NCBI GenBank assembly: GCA_002483445.1
Contig: DLHY01000065.1
Span: forward strand, 23,336-87,335
Length of the DNA: 64,000 bases
Origin: Blastocatellia bacterium UBA7656
Lineage (GTDB): Bacteria; Acidobacteriota; Blastocatellia; UBA7656
Direction of reading: 5' to 3'
Shown: in pieces, positions 10,996 to 20,291 of the stretch
Layout: each line of letters opens with the position of its first letter
Position numbering within the stretch: position 1 is the first letter of the stretch
Position numbers and translations under genes: made by a program
The notes under the pieces: model-generated
Told to the model about the DNA's origin: nothing
Databases searched by the model: none
Seen by the model: the letters and a program-made list of their open reading frames with translations, nothing else

Positions 10996-11364
10996 CTATT
11001 CGCCCAACAGATTTTTGATTTTGTTGAGAAGTTCGATCTTGTTGATAGGCTTTGTGACATACTCATTGCAGCCGCTCTCAAAGGCTGATTTCACAATATC
11101 CTCGCTGCCGCGCGTCGTCACCATGATGACGGGTACATCTGAGGTCGACTCGTCAGAGCGAATCATCCGACAGGCTTCGATGCCATTCATCACCGGCATC
11201 ACGATGTCGAGGAGGATCAGGTCGGGGCGTTCCACACGCGCCTTCTCCACGGCTTCCTGCCCGTCTTTGGCGATAATGAGGTCGTAGTCCCTGCCGAGTA
11301 TCATCCGCTCCATCATCAGGATGGTTTCCGCGTCATCTACGAGCAATATCTTCTTGCGAGGCAT
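10996..11364 (-). CDS. single-domain response regulator (CheY-like)
   Basis: MPRKKILLVDDAE...DLILLDIVMPVMNG...VIMVTT...KP receiver signature. ATG at 11364 is preferred over the GTG at 11385. Confidence 0.85.
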   Translation of the reverse strand: MPRKKILLVDDAETILMMERMILGRDYDLIIAKDGQEAVEKARVERPDLILLDIVMPVMNGIEACRMIRSDESTSDVPVIMVTTRGSEDIVKSAFESGCNEYVTKPINKIELLNKIKNLLGE

Positions 11365-11560
11365 CAACTGCACCTGTACTTTCACAAATTAAATGAGCAT
11401 TCGCTGTTTCGAGAGGGGCGCCCTCGGTGAAAAACCCAGGGGCAAGAATAATTCTACAAGCTTTGAGCCGTCAGTCCAGAGTTTTCGAGCCGCGCAGTTT
11501 GATTTGACTGTCTGCCTGATATATCTTCTTCCGCTTAATTCTCAGCAAGGAGAGAGATCA

Positions 11561-12568
11561 ATGAATCAGTCAATGCCTCAGACAGGCCCGGAAAAAATCA
11601 TACAGGATTTATGGATGGCAAAAGCGACTCAGGCTCTGGTTGCCGGAGTCGAGCTTGATGTCTTCACTCACATCAATGCGGGCAAACGCACGCTCAGGGA
11701 AATAGCCCGCGCCGCGCGATCATCAGAGCGCGGGATGCGACCTCTGCTCGACGCCCTCATCGCGATTGGATACCTCAACAAAAAAGGAGACCTGTACCGA
11801 CTAGAGCCTGTTGCCTCACAGTTTCTCGTCCGCGGCAAAGAACCGTTTATGGGCAATTTCGTTTATGAGACGAAGATGACCTGGGAGGGCTGGGGCCATC
11901 TTACCGATATCGTAAAAAGCGGTCGCCCCATCATCGGCGTCGACACGGAAGAAGCCGGACGCGATTTTTTTCCCAAACTCGTCGCAGCGATCTTTCCTAT
12001 GAGTTACGGCGCGGCGCAGGCGGCCTTCAATGCTTTGTCTGAAAAGACGCGCAAAAGAATTACGCGCATACTCGATGTGGCGGCAGGATCGGCGGCGTGG
12101 TCGCTGCCTTTCGCTCAGGCGAACGAGTATGCGCGAGTGACCGTAGTGGATTTCCCTGAAGTGACGGCGGTGACTCGTCAGTTCACGGATCGTTTCAATG
12201 TCTCTGATCGATACGATTACATCGAAGGCAATCTTCGACAGGTGGCTTTCGGAAAAGGATACGATCTGGCGATACTCGGCCACATAATCCATTCCGAAGG
12301 CGAGAAGTGGGGAAAGAAACTCGTCAGAAAATGCTTCGATTCGTTGAGAGACGGCGGCCTGCTTTTGATAGCCGAGATGATTCCGAACGACACGCGCACA
12401 GGCCCGCCGCTTCCGCTGCTGTTCGATTTGAACATGCTGGTTCACACCGAGCAGGGCAGCGTTTTTACGATGAAAGAATATCGCGCGTGGCTCAAAGAAG
12501 CGGGCTTTAGAAAAGTGGCGACGATAGAAGCTCCATCGCCCTCGCCACTGATACTTGCGACGAAGTAG
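11561..12568 (+). CDS. SAM-dependent O-methyltransferase (family-2 like, N-terminal dimerisation/wHTH domain)
   Basis: AAGGAGAG RBS precedes ATG 11561. SAM motif RILDVAAGSAAWS. C-terminal LLIAEMIPND...FTMKEYRAWLKEAGF is typical of this fold. Confidence 0.75.
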   Translation: MNQSMPQTGPEKIIQDLWMAKATQALVAGVELDVFTHINAGKRTLREIARAARSSERGMRPLLDALIAIGYLNKKGDLYRLEPVASQFLVRGKEPFMGNFVYETKMTWEGWGHLTDIVKSGRPIIGVDTEEAGRDFFPKLVAAIFPMSYGAAQAAFNALSEKTRKRITRILDVAAGSAAWSLPFAQANEYARVTVVDFPEVTAVTRQFTDRFNVSDRYDYIEGNLRQVAFGKGYDLAILGHIIHSEGEKWGKKLVRKCFDSLRDGGLLLIAEMIPNDTRTGPPLPLLFDLNMLVHTEQGSVFTMKEYRAWLKEAGFRKVATIEAPSPSPLILATK

Positions 12569-12673
12569 GAGTCTTATGATTGTGCTTTCAGCCAATTCGA
12601 TCTCGCGCGAGTTCGATGAATTCGCGCGAGAAACTTCCCTGCTTAGACGCAAGGCTCGATTCGACGATCAGAA

Positions 12674-12952
12674 TCACGCCAATTCTATCTTGAGATGTTT
12701 GCCAACAGCGCGGGCTAACTGTTCCAATGATTCCAACGTGATTGATGTGTTATTCGGGTCGAGCAAACGATCCACCTGTGACCGGCTGGTGTGCAATCTT
12801 TTGGCCAGCCGCGCCTTGCTGATATTGGCCTCTTCCATGATATCAGCGAGTTGGAGGACGAGCAGTCGCTTGTGCGCTTTAGCGGAGACTTCCTCAAGAA
12901 TACCTTCCTCTTCTAAAAAATCGTCGAAGCTACTCCCTGTATATTTGTTCAT
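12674..12952 (-). CDS. XRE/HTH antitoxin-like protein (HigA-like class)
   Basis: SSFDDFLEEEGILEEV...ISKARLAKRLHTSRSQVDRLLDPNNTSITLESLEQLARAVGKHLKIELA is the characteristic architecture of short HTH antitoxins. Confidence 0.7.
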   Translation of the reverse strand: MNKYTGSSFDDFLEEEGILEEVSAKAHKRLLVLQLADIMEEANISKARLAKRLHTSRSQVDRLLDPNNTSITLESLEQLARAVGKHLKIELA

Positions 12953-12967
12953 GCGTCCATGCGACTC

Positions 12968-13261
12968 TCAGCCCACCACTCGGATGGTGAATCCGACTTC
13001 CCCGCCTTCCAGTTTCACCACGAATGGCACATTCAATGTCCCTGCGCTCATGCCATGAATCTTCACTCTCACTTCGAGCCTGTCTTTTTCGTCCGCCTCG
13101 ACTTCGAATTCTCTCACTTTGGCAAAGGCGGGGCGTTGTGAGACGACATCCGTGACTTTGCCGCCGGGGACGATGACCAGACGGAATTCTTTATTGATGT
13201 TGTCGGGCATTCTGGGTTCAGGTTCGATAGATACGATCTTCCATTGGTTTGCTGTTGCCAT
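12968..13261 (-). CDS. small hypothetical protein in the toxin position upstream of the XRE antitoxin
   Basis: AAGGAG RBS (reverse complement of 13266-13271) precedes ATG 13261. The gap to the antitoxin start is 15 nt. 97 aa with beta-rich composition and no RelE/HigB motifs recognised. Confidence 0.5.
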   Translation of the reverse strand: MATANQWKIVSIEPEPRMPDNINKEFRLVIVPGGKVTDVVSQRPAFAKVREFEVEADEKDRLEVRVKIHGMSAGTLNVPFVVKLEGGEVGFTIRVVG

Positions 13262-13411
13262 TTTCCACTCCTTTATTTTATTTCTCACCTCGTTCGCTTA
13301 ACGCTCACCGTCAGGCGGTGCGGGAACGGCATTGGCGTTACGTTATGATCTGCGCTTCCCGCGCTCGCCTGTAACATGTTGTCGGCGGCTGGCGCATCAC
13401 AGGAAAGATTT

Positions 13412-14101
13412 TTACTTGTCCTTATTGAATTTATCAAAGATGCCGGTTCTATAACCGGCCAAGAAGGCGCTAAGAACTTCTCGAACCTCTCGCCGTTCGT
13501 TGCTGTCCATTCGATTCATAATCATAATAAATACCGGTATCACGAATGACATGGAAACGGCGACTAGGATTATGCCCCAGAATTGATCGTTGTTTCTGAT
13601 TTGGTGTATGCCCCAGCCAAGACCAGCAATGAACCAGATAATTATTGGAAAAGCTAAATTCATCCGAAGCTGGCGCAGTCCAATTTGCCGTTGAATCAAC
13701 TGCGTACAATTCGGCATTTTCTCAAAGACAAGCGAACGGCAGAGGTAGAATTGATCCTTTGACCATTGAGTAGCATTCTCTTGATTTGGTTTTAGTATAT
13801 TCCCAAATGCGGAAACAATATCATCCTCAAAATTGGAAAGAGGAATTGATGACTTAATGCGGGATCGCTCCTCCGGTTCCCGCCACTTGATAGCCATTTC
13901 GGAGAACCCTGAAAACACAATCCCCAAAATGAAGCTCACAATGAGAAATAGAATGCCGGTAGCAAGATCGGCGGAGAGATGTTGAAGTATATCTTTGAGC
14001 GGAGTTAATAAGAGTAAGATATACAGCCCAAGCGTGCCAACGACGCCAGGAAACATATAAGCCAGGAAATCTACGAGAGAAAAGCGATTGCTGATGTCCA
14101 T
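13412..14101 (-). CDS. 4-TM membrane protein, unknown function, in a low-GC islet
   Basis: Two N-terminal and two C-terminal hydrophobic helices (FPGVVGTLGLYILLLLTP, GILFLIVSFILGIVFSGF, LAFPIIIWFIAGLGWGI, WGIILVAVSMSFVIPVFIMIM). Sampled 60-nt lines give about 37-47% GC, against about 57% in flanking genes. Confidence 0.6.
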   Translation of the reverse strand: MDISNRFSLVDFLAYMFPGVVGTLGLYILLLLTPLKDILQHLSADLATGILFLIVSFILGIVFSGFSEMAIKWREPEERSRIKSSIPLSNFEDDIVSAFGNILKPNQENATQWSKDQFYLCRSLVFEKMPNCTQLIQRQIGLRQLRMNLAFPIIIWFIAGLGWGIHQIRNNDQFWGIILVAVSMSFVIPVFIMIMNRMDSNERREVREVLSAFLAGYRTGIFDKFNKDK

Positions 14102-14391
14102 AGATTCCTGGCTCCTTCGAGGGAAGTATTTTTAGAAGACGCTCAACTTTCAACTAACTGTTCCAAGCGCGGTCAAATTCTACGCCCGTTAGCCCTCCTG
14201 GTTCAAGAGTCGGACAGACGAAAAGCCGCAAAGCACAGCGGTTTTTAGCACGCATAAATATCAAAACAAGCACATAAAATCGGAGCAGATCATCGATCCT
14301 CAAAGAACTTGATTTATGACTGCGCGCAGTATACCTGCTTCTGAAATCCAGGGTTCCGGCAAAGTAGGTTGACACGGAGAAAATCGAGCAG

Positions 14392-14498
14392 CCTGGGAGC
14401 GCGCGCGGCTCGCGCGCTTGCTTGCGGAGTCAAAACTTTAGGGCTTTCCACAGACTCTACGTTTGAAGCCTTGCGCGCGAGCCGCGCGCGCTCCCAGG
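14392..14498. repeat. perfect 26-bp GC-rich inverted repeat with 55-nt spacer
   Basis: CCTGGGAGCGCGCGCGGCTCGCGCGC (14392-14417) is the exact reverse complement of 14473-14498. It begins 10 nt beyond the stop of the minus-strand gene 14508-14975. Confidence 0.95.
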
Positions 14499-14507
14499 GC
14501 TTTGCTT

Positions 14508-14975
14508 TCATTTACAAAACTCTCGAAGCTTTCGCGCCAGTTGATTCAATTCATACTCGAAGAGAGCCGCGTCTGTGCTGACGATGTAAACCGTGCTGCG
14601 GCATTGAAACCCTATGCGCAATGGAAAAGCTTTATTTTCCTCCGCGCTCATACCGGGCGGCTTTTCCATCAAGCGATTCAGTCGGGCGAGGGCTTCGCTT
14701 TCGCTCGCGTATACTTCTTCCGTTATCGTGAAGCGGTGATAAGTATCCGTGTAACCGGGAACAGGTTTGATGGCTTTGATGCGCCTGACTCGCTTTGTCT
14801 GAAGATTGAACTGCTCTTTTTCCCAATCGCTGGGAGCGACATCTTCGCTTTGACGGATCGAATATCCGAGTGATCTGAAGATCGAATCTTTGATCTGAAC
14901 ATTGGACGCGAGAGAGGTCGGGAAAGCCGCGACAGCCGCGATTGCGATCAAGAGGAGTCTTTGACGTACAACCAT
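14508..14975 (-). CDS. secreted hypothetical protein
   Basis: Signal-peptide-like MVVRQRLLLIAIAAVAAFPTSLAS. No recognised domain. Confidence 0.5.
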   Translation of the reverse strand: MVVRQRLLLIAIAAVAAFPTSLASNVQIKDSIFRSLGYSIRQSEDVAPSDWEKEQFNLQTKRVRRIKAIKPVPGYTDTYHRFTITEEVYASESEALARLNRLMEKPPGMSAEENKAFPLRIGFQCRSTVYIVSTDAALFEYELNQLARKLREFCK

Positions 14976-15049
14976 CGGTCAGCCTGTTTGCCTGAAAGCA
15001 TGAACATTTGGGGCATCAGCAGGCTGGCAGCCTGCTGTACATTGCAGAG

Positions 15050-16150
15050 TCAGCCGAAAATCTTTCCGAGTATTCCGCGATCAATGGCCTCGCCGTCTTC
15101 TTTTTCAAGACGAGCTAATTCTTCGATCAATCGCCGCTGCTCGCGGGTGAGAGATGTGGGGGTGACGACCACCACCTCGACGAACTGATCCCCGCGGCCG
15201 CGACCGCCCAGCACAGGCATTCCCTTCCCTTTCAAACGGAAAACTTTTCCGGTCTGCGTGCCTTCGGGGATGCGAAGCGATTCTTCCCCATCCAAAGTTC
15301 TCACTGCTATCTCAGCCCCCAGGGCGGCCTGAGTGAATGAAACGGGAGCCGTGCAGTACAGGTTCGAGTCACGCCGCTCGAAAAATTCGTGATCGTGAAC
15401 GTGTATGACCACGTAGAGATCGCCCTGTGGCGCTCCCGGCTCTCCCGCTTCGCCTTCGTTGGCTATCCTCAGTCGCGAGCCCGTGTCTACGCCCGCAGGT
15501 ATCTTGATTTCGAGCTTTCTCTCTTTTTCGACCCTTCCTTCGCCGCGGCAGTTGCGGCACACATCGCGAATGATCCTCCCTGCGCCTCGACAGGTCGAGC
15601 AGGTGCGGCTAACGGAAAAGAAGCCCTGTTGATAGCGCACCTGTCCCGCGCCCGCGCAGGTCGTGCATTTCGTGGGCTGAGACCCGGCAGCCGCGCCGCT
15701 GCCCTTGCACACGTCGCAGGTTTCAAGCCTCGGAACGCGAATCTTCGTCTTGAGTCCCGTGGCAGCTTCTTCGAGCGAGATTTCAATATCGTATCTGAGG
15801 TCTGATCCGCGGCGTGGGCCTCGCCGACGACCAGTCTGATTGAAGATATCGCCGAAGCCGAACATATCGAATATGTCTTCGAACCCGGCAAATCCCTGCC
15901 CTGCGCCCTGTCCCGCGCTCGCTCCCACGCCCGCATGTCCGTAACGGTCATAGCGCGCTCGCAGATCGGGCGAAGACAACACCTGATAAGCTTCGGCCAG
16001 CTCTTTGAATTTTTCTTCCGCTTCCTTGTCGCCGGGGTTTTTATCAGGATGGTAGGTAAGGGCGAGTCGGCGATAAGCCTGTTTGAGTTCCTGTTCGTTG
16101 GCGCTGCGCCCGACGCCGAGGATTTCGTAATAGTCTCTTTTCCCACTCAA
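15050..16150 (-). CDS. dnaJ: molecular chaperone DnaJ
   Basis: J-domain DYYEILGV...HPDKNPGD, a G/F-rich linker, and four CxxCxGxG zinc motifs ([32 protein letters not shown]). Confidence 0.96.
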   Translation of the reverse strand: MSGKRDYYEILGVGRSANEQELKQAYRRLALTYHPDKNPGDKEAEEKFKELAEAYQVLSSPDLRARYDRYGHAGVGASAGQGAGQGFAGFEDIFDMFGFGDIFNQTGRRRGPRRGSDLRYDIEISLEEAATGLKTKIRVPRLETCDVCKGSGAAAGSQPTKCTTCAGAGQVRYQQGFFSVSRTCSTCRGAGRIIRDVCRNCRGEGRVEKERKLEIKIPAGVDTGSRLRIANEGEAGEPGAPQGDLYVVIHVHDHEFFERRDSNLYCTAPVSFTQAALGAEIAVRTLDGEESLRIPEGTQTGKVFRLKGKGMPVLGGRGRGDQFVEVVVVTPTSLTREQRRLIEELARLEKEDGEAIDRGILGKIFG

Positions 16151-16154
16151 ATTT

Positions 16155-16168
16155 CAGTTCCCAGTTCC
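16155..16168. repeat. CAGTTCC x2 heptamer pair in the dnaK-dnaJ spacer
   Basis: Tandem CAGTTCCCAGTTCC sits 5 nt beyond the dnaJ start. A partially complementary GGAAACTGAAAAC lies at 16211-16223. Confidence 0.6.
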
Positions 16169-16238
16169 CTGTAAAATTTTTGTCCGGCCTGCGATTCGAA
16201 GTTGCAGACCGGAAACTGAAAACCGATTATAGCAAACT

Positions 16239-18107
16239 CTAGGACAATTCCGACAACGGAGCCGCATCTTCTTCCTTGGGCGAGTTCGGCCCTGCCGCAA
16301 GTCCCGTCGGGCGGAACATCGCGTCGGTGATGAGTCGCGCGGCCTGCTCAAGCTGTTCGAGCGCGACGCGGACTTCCTGCGCGTCGTCCGAGAGCGCCAC
16401 ACGGCGAGAGGTGTCGAGAGTCGTGCGAACGAATTCCTGATCCGAAGACGAAAGCATCCATCCGAATTCGCCGAACGAGCGAACCGTGTTCTGAAGCAGA
16501 CCCTCAAGCCGATTGCGCGTGATGATGACTTCTTTCAATCGTTTGTCGTTTTCGACGTTGCGCCCCGCTTCTTCTATCAGGTCGTAAATCTCGGAAGCTG
16601 ACAACCCGGAGGATGGAGTGATTTTCATCGCCTGTTCGAGACCTGTCATCTTGTCGCGCGCTGCGACTGCCACTATGCCGTCGGCGTCGACTTCGAAGGT
16701 GACTTCTACCTGCGGCACTCCGCGCGGCGAGGGCGCGATGCCGACAAGCTCGAACTTGGCGAGCGAGCGATTGCCACTGGCGATTTCGCGCTCGCCCTGA
16801 AGCACGTGAACCTCGACGACCTGCTGATTATCAGCGACCGTAGTGAAGACCAGGCTCTTCTTGGTAGGGATCGTGGAGTTGCGGTCGACGATCTTGGTGA
16901 AGAGTCCGCCGCGCGTCTCGATGCCGAGAGAGAGAGGAATGACATCGAGGAGGATGAGGTCTTTCACGTCGCCCGTCAGCACGCCCGCCTGAATCGCGGC
17001 TCCGATGGCTACGACTTCATCGGGGTTGATTTCAATCGAAGGCTCGCGATTGAATATCTCCCTCACCCGGCTGATGATTATAGGCGAGCGAGTCTGACCT
17101 CCGACGAGCAGCACTTTGGTGACCTCATCGGGCTTGAGCTTCGCGTCCGCGAGAGCCTTGCGACAAGGATCGACCGTGCGCTCGACCAGATCGCGGACGA
17201 GGTCTTCGAACTTGGCGCGCGTCAAAGTTTTGTTGAAGTGCTTGGGGCCGGTCGAGTCTGCGGCGATAAACGGCAGGTTGAGTTGCGACTCGGTAGCCGT
17301 CGATAGTTCGCACTTGGCGCGCTCGGCTGCTTCCTTGAGCCGCTGAAGCGCCAATCGGTCTGAGTGAAGATCTATGCCCGTCTCCTGCTGGAAGGTCTCG
17401 ATCATCCAGTCGACTATTCGCTGATCGAAGTCTTCTCCGCCCAAAAACGAATCGCCGCAGGTGGAAAGAACTTCGAAGACTCCGTCGCTCATTTCGAGAA
17501 TAGAGATATCGAAGGTGCCTCCGCCGAGGTCATAGACGGCGACTTTTTCGTTATCGCGCTTGCCCAGCCCGTAGGCCAGAGCGGCGGCGGTCGGCTCGTT
17601 GAGAATTCGCTGTACGTTGAGACCGGCTATCTTGCCGGCGTCCTTTGTGGCCTGACGCTGGATGTCGTCGAAGTAAGCCGGGACGGTGATGATGGCTTCG
17701 GTCACTTCATCGCCGAGGAATTCTTCGGCTGCGAGTTTCAATCGCTGAAGCAGTATGGCCGATATTTCGGGCGGCGAGTAATCCCGCCCTCGAACGCGGA
17801 CGCGGCAATCGCCGTTTGGCGCTTCACTTATCTCGTAGGAACAGACCTGTCGGGCGCGTTCTATTTCCGGCGAGCGGAATTTGCGGCCCATAAGTCGCTT
17901 CACTGCGTAGATGGTATTAGCCGAATTTGTTATGGCCTGACGTTTGGCTATCTGTCCGATGAGTCGTTCGCCTTTTTCGGTAAACGCCACCACCGATGGC
18001 GTGGTGCGTCCGCCTTCTTTGTTTGGAATAATCTGAGTGACGCCGCCTTCTAGCACGGCCACGCAGGAGTTCGTTGTGCCAAGGTCTATTCCTATTACTT
18101 TGCCCAT
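16239..18107 (-). CDS. dnaK: molecular chaperone DnaK (Hsp70)
   Basis: [26 protein letters not shown] and VLLVGGQTR signatures. GGGAGG RBS precedes ATG 18107. Confidence 0.97.
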   Translation of the reverse strand: MGKVIGIDLGTTNSCVAVLEGGVTQIIPNKEGGRTTPSVVAFTEKGERLIGQIAKRQAITNSANTIYAVKRLMGRKFRSPEIERARQVCSYEISEAPNGDCRVRVRGRDYSPPEISAILLQRLKLAAEEFLGDEVTEAIITVPAYFDDIQRQATKDAGKIAGLNVQRILNEPTAAALAYGLGKRDNEKVAVYDLGGGTFDISILEMSDGVFEVLSTCGDSFLGGEDFDQRIVDWMIETFQQETGIDLHSDRLALQRLKEAAERAKCELSTATESQLNLPFIAADSTGPKHFNKTLTRAKFEDLVRDLVERTVDPCRKALADAKLKPDEVTKVLLVGGQTRSPIIISRVREIFNREPSIEINPDEVVAIGAAIQAGVLTGDVKDLILLDVIPLSLGIETRGGLFTKIVDRNSTIPTKKSLVFTTVADNQQVVEVHVLQGEREIASGNRSLAKFELVGIAPSPRGVPQVEVTFEVDADGIVAVAARDKMTGLEQAMKITPSSGLSASEIYDLIEEAGRNVENDKRLKEVIITRNRLEGLLQNTVRSFGEFGWMLSSSDQEFVRTTLDTSRRVALSDDAQEVRVALEQLEQAARLITDAMFRPTGLAAGPNSPKEEDAAPLSELS

Positions 18108-18231
18108 ATAGGTTTGTCCTCCCACCTTTAACGAGTGCAAACAGGTGTGCAGGTGTAATGAACTATTAGGGGCGGGTTGTTCGCAACAAAGAGTGACAAA
18201 CAGTGTTCAGAGTTTGCCGCTCTTCGTTTTT

Positions 18232-19077
18232 TCAATCTTCGGGGGTGGAGGCCACTTTAACTTTCGCCGGACGAAGCAGCTTGTCGCCCAGTTTGTATCC
18301 CCGTTCGAATTCCGCAATGATCGTATTCTCTTCGTGTTCGTCGGTCAATTCTGTTGCCACCGCTTCATGCACATGCGGATCGAAGGCGCAGCCTATTGCT
18401 TCGACAGGCTCAAGTCCGAGTTTCGTCAAAATATCCTTGAACTGTTTGTGTATCAGCTCAACTCCGTGGCGAAGTCCGGCGGCGTCTTCGCTGCTCGCTT
18501 CGAGGCTCGAAAGCGCCCTGTCGAAATTATCAATGACCGGCAGCAGTTCCGTTATGATATCGGCGCGGGCGCGATTATAAGTGTCCACCCGGTCGCGCTC
18601 GGTTCGCTTGCGATAGTTTTCAAACTCGGCCTGACGACGCAGCAACTGATCATAGAGCAGAGTCTTGTCGCGGGTCAGCGCATCGATCTGATTCTGAAAA
18701 TCGGCTACCGCCAGTCCGCCGTGTTCTTCAATCGCTCTCGTCGCCCCGTTGGTAGGCTGATCCTTTTTCGCAGCAGGTTCGTCGCCTGCTGCAACGGGCG
18801 GATCATTGTAATAATCCTTCAGGGAAGAATCATCCAGTTCGCTCGCGTCAATCACGATGACATCATCGTCTACGATATCATCCGCTTCCGCATCTTCTTC
18901 CGCCTGCGCAACCAGCCGCTCGCCTTCTTCGCTTTCGGAAGATTCCGGTTGCGGGGTTTGAACTTCTTCATCCGAGGAGGCGTCTTCGTCAGCGAAATCT
19001 ATCGCTATGTCTCTCGGACGGTTCTCGCTCTCCTGGTTAGCAGCTGCGCCTTTCATCTCCTGTTCGCCAGTCATCAT
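18232..19077 (-). CDS. grpE: nucleotide exchange factor GrpE with a long acidic N-terminal extension
   Basis: The C-terminal half (LLRRQAEFENYRKRTERD...GYKLGDKLLRPAKVKV) is a canonical GrpE. The first ~110 aa are Asp/Glu-rich. Confidence 0.9.
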   Translation of the reverse strand: MMTGEQEMKGAAANQESENRPRDIAIDFADEDASSDEEVQTPQPESSESEEGERLVAQAEEDAEADDIVDDDVIVIDASELDDSSLKDYYNDPPVAAGDEPAAKKDQPTNGATRAIEEHGGLAVADFQNQIDALTRDKTLLYDQLLRRQAEFENYRKRTERDRVDTYNRARADIITELLPVIDNFDRALSSLEASSEDAAGLRHGVELIHKQFKDILTKLGLEPVEAIGCAFDPHVHEAVATELTDEHEENTIIAEFERGYKLGDKLLRPAKVKVASTPED

Positions 19078-19108
19078 TATATCCCGGTATCAGTGCGTTG
19101 TAATCAGT

Positions 19109-20167
19109 TTATTGCTGTCCGAGCGTCCGCTCGAACAGTCTGGCTATATAATCCACTATGCCGATCAGTCGATCATAATCGAGTCTGGTCGGCCCGACGA
19201 CTCCCAGGCTTCCGGCCCTCACTCCCGCGTAAAAACAGGGAGAGGCTATTATCGCGCATTCACGCATATCCGTCAGCCGGTTTTCGCTGCCTATTCGGAC
19301 GGCGATGGTTTCTCGACGCGAGCTTTCAAGGCACTCGTCGAGAATCTTGACAATGCGGCTTTTCTGCTCAAGCATCTTGAAGACCGCGCGCAGCGAAGCG
19401 GTATCGCCAAAATCCGGCTTGGTCAGCAGATTGGAAGCGCCTTCTATGAAAACATCGGGCTGATCGCTACCTTCGACGCTCGGAGTGCAAAGCAAAAGGG
19501 CGTTGCGCAAAAAGCGATCATAGAGCGCCTCCGCTTCCCTGAGTCTGAGGACAAGCTCATCGCGAATTTCCGAAAGAGTCCAGCCGTGGAAACTTTCCAT
19601 CAAATATCTTGCCGTCGAGTTCAACTCGTCCTGGGTGAAGTCCGCATCGAGGCGAATGACTCGATCCTGAACCCTGCCCGCGCTCGAAACCGTTATGACC
19701 AGAATGCGACTGTCGGGCATTCGGACGAAATTTATGTGCTGGAGGCTTTCTCTCGTTATCGGCGGTGAAATCACTATGCCGATGTTGTCCGAAAGTCGCG
19801 AAAGCATCAGGCTTGCGCGCTCCATAAACCGTTCGGGGCTTATAGGAGTTTCCTCATCGAGCAATCGCTCATTGATGCGCGCCGCGTCTGCCTTTGAAAT
19901 TCGCTTGGGATGAATCAGGTTATCGACATAGTAGCGATAGCCCTTATCCGTAGGCACTCGTCCGGCAGAAGTGTGAGGATGAGTCAAATAACCTTCGCCT
20001 TCAAGCTCGGCGCAGGTGTTGCGAATGCTGGCGCTTGAAAGCCTCTCGCTCGATTTTTCCGCAAGAGTAAAAGAGCCGACCGGCTGACCTGTAGCGACGT
20101 GCGTTCTCACTATTGTTGCGAGCAGCTCTTTTTTGCGGTTGTCGAAAACCAAACCGCTCTTCCTCAT
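19109..20167 (-). CDS. hrcA: heat-inducible transcription repressor HrcA
   Basis: N-terminal wHTH (RKKELLATIVRTHVATGQPVGSFTLAEK), GYLTHPHTSAGRVPTDKGYRYYVD, and first position in the hrcA-grpE-dnaK-dnaJ order. Confidence 0.9.
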   Translation of the reverse strand: MRKSGLVFDNRKKELLATIVRTHVATGQPVGSFTLAEKSSERLSSASIRNTCAELEGEGYLTHPHTSAGRVPTDKGYRYYVDNLIHPKRISKADAARINERLLDEETPISPERFMERASLMLSRLSDNIGIVISPPITRESLQHINFVRMPDSRILVITVSSAGRVQDRVIRLDADFTQDELNSTARYLMESFHGWTLSEIRDELVLRLREAEALYDRFLRNALLLCTPSVEGSDQPDVFIEGASNLLTKPDFGDTASLRAVFKMLEQKSRIVKILDECLESSRRETIAVRIGSENRLTDMRECAIIASPCFYAGVRAGSLGVVGPTRLDYDRLIGIVDYIARLFERTLGQQ

Positions 20168-20185
20168 AGCATGTTCTTAAGGGGC

Positions 20186-20212
20186 AGACCTCGATTGGAA
20201 CTCCGAGGCTAA
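20186..20212 (-). promoter_or_regulatory. candidate degenerate CIRCE-like operator in the hrcA leader
   Basis: The minus strand reads TTAGCCTCG-N10-CGAGGTCTG, 19-45 nt upstream of the hrcA ATG. Only TTAGC and the 5-bp inverted core CCTCG/CGAGG resemble the consensus TTAGCACTC-N9-GAGTGCTAA. Confidence 0.25.
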
Positions 20213-20291
20213 CTTACCACCCCACCTCCACCCTGTCAATAATAATGACCTGAAAGGGTCACTATCAAGCGGCTCGATAATAATTGTCACT

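Noticed and set aside
12569-12673. CTCGCGCGAG / TTCGCGCGAGAA palindromic motifs between the convergent methyltransferase and antitoxin genes
   Set aside because: These are short GC palindromes in a convergent spacer. They are compatible with a weak bidirectional terminator, and nothing distinguishes them further.
14199-14215. GGTTCAAGAGTCGG resembling a tRNA T-arm (a possible att-site remnant at the islet border)
   Set aside because: No complementary T-stem, acceptor stem or anticodon arm can be drawn around it, so the resemblance is probably chance.
18133-18141. CIRCE element upstream of dnaK
   Set aside because: Only one half-site is present (TTTGCACTC on the minus strand). The expected partner 9 nt away is GGGAGGACA, which is the RBS region, so this is not a credible inverted repeat.
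18145-19350. 401-aa plus-strand ORF overlapping grpE and hrcA
   Set aside because: It is antisense to two well-supported chaperone-operon genes. It is low-complexity and Arg/Phe/Ile-rich, with no RBS or motif.
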